Source: Octopus vulgaris (taxonomy: Eukaryota). Taken from it: a DNA stretch of 64,000 nt. Shown in pieces: positions 60,514-64,000 of this stretch (within the stretch, counting starts at the first letter, position 1; each line of letters begins with the position of its first letter). The translations under genes and the position numbers were made by a program. The DNA is taken from contig OX597827.1 in NCBI GenBank assembly GCA_951406725.2, positions 21,514,001 to 21,578,000 of the forward strand, given 5' to 3'. Below the pieces are notes generated by a model. The model worked only from the letters and a program-made list of their open reading frames with translations, had not been told where the DNA came from and searched no databases.

Positions 60514-61661
60514 TGTAGAAAAGGTGTAGGTAGAAACTCCATAAGATGAACCCAGTGTAAGCAATAGACACATAAGAAATGCAGCAACATCAAAGAAAAA
60601 TTAACCGAGAAGATAGCTTTCGTGTGTAGCAGATGCTCTGGGGCAATCAACACCACAGATACTCAGAAAACAGATTCCATCATACTCTAGGGGAAGAAAC
60701 TAGAAGTAGCTGATAGTTTCTGCTACCTAGGTGACCAAGTTAGTAGTGGGGGTGGATGCTCAGAGAGTGTTACCACTAGAATAAGAATAGCCTGGGCAAA
60801 GTTTAGAAAGCTTCTTCCCCTACTGGCGACAAAGGGTCTCTCACTCAGAGTGAAATGTAGATTGTACAACGTATGTGTGTGAACTGCCATGATTCATGGC
60901 AGTGAAACATGGGCTGTGACTGCGGAGGACATGCATAGGCTTGAAAGACATGAAGCTAGAATGATCCACTGGATGTGTAATGTCAGATGTGTAATGTCAA
61001 TGTGCACACACGACAGAGTGTAAGCGCCCTGAAAAAAATATTGGACATAAGAAGCAGTGGATGTGGCATGCAAGAGAGACGTTTGCGTTGGTATGGTCAT
61101 GTACTATGGATGGATGAGGAGAGATGTGTGAAGAAGTGCTACTCCAAACAGTTGAAGGATTCCGGGGTAGAGGTAGACCCAGGAAGACATGGGATGAGTT
61201 GGTCAAGCATAACCTTTGAATGTTGGGCCTCACAGAGGCAGTGATGAAAGACCGAGACCTCTGGAGATATGCTGTGACTGCTAAGACCCGGCAAATAAAG
61301 TGAGTTCACGGCTGTATCCCACACCAGTTTTGCATAACCAGCCCCAGCCCATTCAAAAGTACCTTGGATCATAGGGTGACCTGCTGTGCTTGAGGCGACC
61401 TATTGAGTCAAGTGCATCAACATCAAAATAAAAATCAAATGGAAATTGTAGTTGTGATATCCGTGCCAGTGGTATGTGAAAAGCACCATCCAAATGTGGC
61501 TGATACCAGCGCCACCTGACTGGCTTCCATGCTGGTGGCACATAAAAAGCACCAACTGATCGTGGCCATTGACAGCCTCCTCTGGCCCCTGTGCTGGTGG
61601 CACGCAAAAAGCACCCACTATACTCACGGAGTGGTTGGCGTTAGGAAGGGCACCCAGCTGT
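60514..61661 (+). mobile_element. Degraded 3' RTE fragment
   Basis: Homologous to 8123-9240. Confidence 0.88.
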
Positions 61662-61664
61662 TGA

Positions 61665-61702
<38 letters not shown>

Positions 61703-62494
61703 GAAGAAGGCAGCAAGCTGGCAGAATGGTTAGCATGCTGGGCGAAATGCTTAGTGACATTTCATTTGTCTTCGTGTTCTGAGTTCGTATTCTGCCGTGG
61801 TTGATTTTGCCTTTCACCTTTTGTGGGCGATAAATTAAGTACCAGTGACACACTGGGGTTGATGTAATTGATTAGTCCCTTCCCCACAAATTTCAGGCCT
61901 TCTACCTTTAGTAGAAAGGGTTATTACCTCCACCTTAGCAAAGGCAGAGGTATTGGTTTCAGTTGTGTTTGTTTGTTTGTCCATAGACAAGACATCTCAA
62001 GAACCACTGGATGGATTCGGATGAAACTTTCAGGGATGTTTGGCCTCATCACTGGCATGAACTGATTAGATCTTGGGATTGATCTGGTACCATACAAGGA
62101 TTCATGATTATTTTTCCTGGTTTTTTACTTAATTTTTGAGAGCAGTCAGGTTCATTTTTAGTATTCTCGTTTGTGAGAGCAGTCGAGTTTATTTCAGATA
62201 TTCTCATTTTTAAAAATCATCTCCAGCTAATTGTTGAGAGGACATTGGGGTTACCTTGGCAAAGGTTTAGTCTTTCTGAGTGCTCTTGTTATTATAATTA
62301 TTTGTTATATTCTTCATTATCTTGAAAAAAATCAGAATACCTTGTGGCATTCTGAGTTCAAATTCTGCTAAAGTCAACTTTACTTTTCATCCTTTCAGGG
62401 TCAATAAATTAAGTACCAGTGAAACTCTGGGGTCGATGTAATTGACTAGTCCCCTCCCCAAGAAATTTCAGGCCTTGTGCCTATAGTGGAAAGG

Positions 62495-62536
<42 letters not shown>

Positions 62537-62574
62537 TTTATTTTTATTGTTATTATTATTATTAATATTATTAA

Positions 62575-62613
<39 letters not shown>

Positions 62614-62718
62614 TATTATTATAATTATTTGTTATATTCTTCATTATCTTGAAAAAAATCCTTTTGTTTCTTTCAATTCTTTGTTGTTTAAATTTTGGTT
62701 TATTTTACTTGTCCCTAG

Positions 62719-62811
62719 AGTGCCTGTGATATTGAAGCTGAAGTGTTCGGTAAACCGTCACCTGAGTTTTTTAAAACTGCCCTCAAAGATATGAATTTAA
62801 AACCTGATGAG
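62719..62811 (+). CDS. LHPP: LHPP exon 5 (SACDIEAEVFGKPSPEFFKTALKDMNLKPDE); gene continues beyond the window
   Basis: ccctag| acceptor; HAD motif III GKPSPEFF; probable GC donor AG|gcaagt; 93 nt. Confidence 0.9.
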
Positions 62812-63208
62812 GCAAGTAAAAAAATTATTTGGTTTTTATTTTCTGCAATTAAATTTTATATTGTTATGTTTGTTCATAATTAAATGTTGAAATGGGTCAA
62901 AATGTTATTTCTTCGTGCTGAGTGTGGAAGAAGGTGGGACAAAGCCAATGACCTTTGAAGGCCCTCTAAGATTGGTTAAGTCTTAGGCCCTTTAAGACTG
63001 TTGTTAATGTTCTGTTTAAAAATTGTGGCAGGTCTACAGCTGCAGGGAAGAGGAGATTCCAGTATGAGAAAAGAGGGAAAGCGGTGGCAGCAGCTGTGTG
63101 GGTCAGAGACTGGAGCATGTCCATTAGTGATGGAATGTCCACCAATCAAGCAGCCTTTTCTCTAAATGTGGTCAAAAATGCCTGTGTACAGCAGCAACAG
63201 TAGCAACT

Positions 63209-63420
63209 GTTCAAGAATTTGTACCTGGAGATCTCCATTTCCAGCGACTTCGAGGGCCACCTCCCAGTGGTGTCGGGCGTCAATGAAGAGCCCTCGACTA
63301 CAACAAGACGACCAAAGTTTTTTTGTTTGTTTTTCTAAGGTCTGAGGTCTCCCACCCCTAAGCCCTAGACCATCACCTAATCACCCTTACCTGTCTTGTT
63401 GCTTAACAACAACAACAACC
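63209..63420 (+). mobile_element. SINE-like repeat with (CAA)n tail
   Basis: Reverse complement of 36299-36490 and 38155-38350. Confidence 0.75.
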
Positions 63421-63725
63421 ACAGCAGTAGCAACATCTTTCCAAACATGAGAGCAAAACACCATTGAGGGTCCCACTTGCACCTTGTAGAATGTCAGCAG
63501 CTGTTGTAAACCAAAATATTTTCAAACTGTGAAGGGAATGACTAGTTTTTAGGATGGATCCTAGCTATACTAAGGAACTGCTTTTACCAGAAGAAATTCT
63601 TGTTGATAACAGGGTTCAGCATTTGGAAAGACCATGTAGTCACTGAGTGCTACTTGAGTTCAGTGTGGAGTCTGGTGTGGTGTGTAGTGTAATCTTGATA
63701 TATAAATGGGGCTGGTGTTTATTTT

Positions 63726-64000
63726 TCATCATCATCATCATCATCATTGTTTAATGTCCATTTTCCATGCTAGCATGGGTTGGATGGTTCAACTGGGGTC
63801 TGAGAAGCCAAGAGGCTACACCAGGCTCCAGTCTGATCTGGCAATGTTTTGACAGTTGGATGCCCTTCCTAACGCCAACCACTCCGAGAGTGTAGTGGGT
63901 GCTTTTTACATGCCACCAGTACAGGGGGTAGAGGAAGCTGGCAACGGCCATGATTGGCTGGTGCTTTTTATGTGCCACCTGCACAGAAGCCAGTAAAGCA
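63726..64000 (-). mobile_element. RTE 3' UTR end
   Basis: (ATC)n tail and tgcccttcctaacgccaaccactcc.. motif, the inverse of 17240-17406. Confidence 0.85.

Overview
AT-rich, repeat-dense animal genomic DNA. The RTE/CR1/Dong/Tx1 LINEs, tRNA-derived SINEs, microsatellite load and TTAGGG repeats suggest a cephalopod, probably Octopus (inference). Three host genes can be read. (1) The first coding exon of a heparanase-like (GH79) gene, minus strand, 11093-11301. (2) An intronless GLUT8/Tret1-like sugar porter, minus strand, 29101-30480. (3) An LHPP gene on the plus strand whose exons 2-5 splice in frame (54353-62811) and which runs off the window. The main finding is that LHPP has three tandem promoter + first-exon cassettes (ATGs at 35465, 37254, 41216), each intact with the same phase-2 donor and a different N-terminus/active-site flap, all upstream of one shared set of constant exons. 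This is a variable-first-exon architecture like UGT1A or the clustered protocadherins. Other highlights: an uninterrupted RTE LINE ORF with a C4HC3 PHD-type finger inserted inside its RT domain, sitting in a ~2.1 kb (TA)n tract inside a SINE just upstream of the heparanase exon; a higher-order tandem array (940-5320); a SINE-head-derived minisatellite; and TIR elements carrying telomeric repeats. All calls are by eye; no database searches were run.
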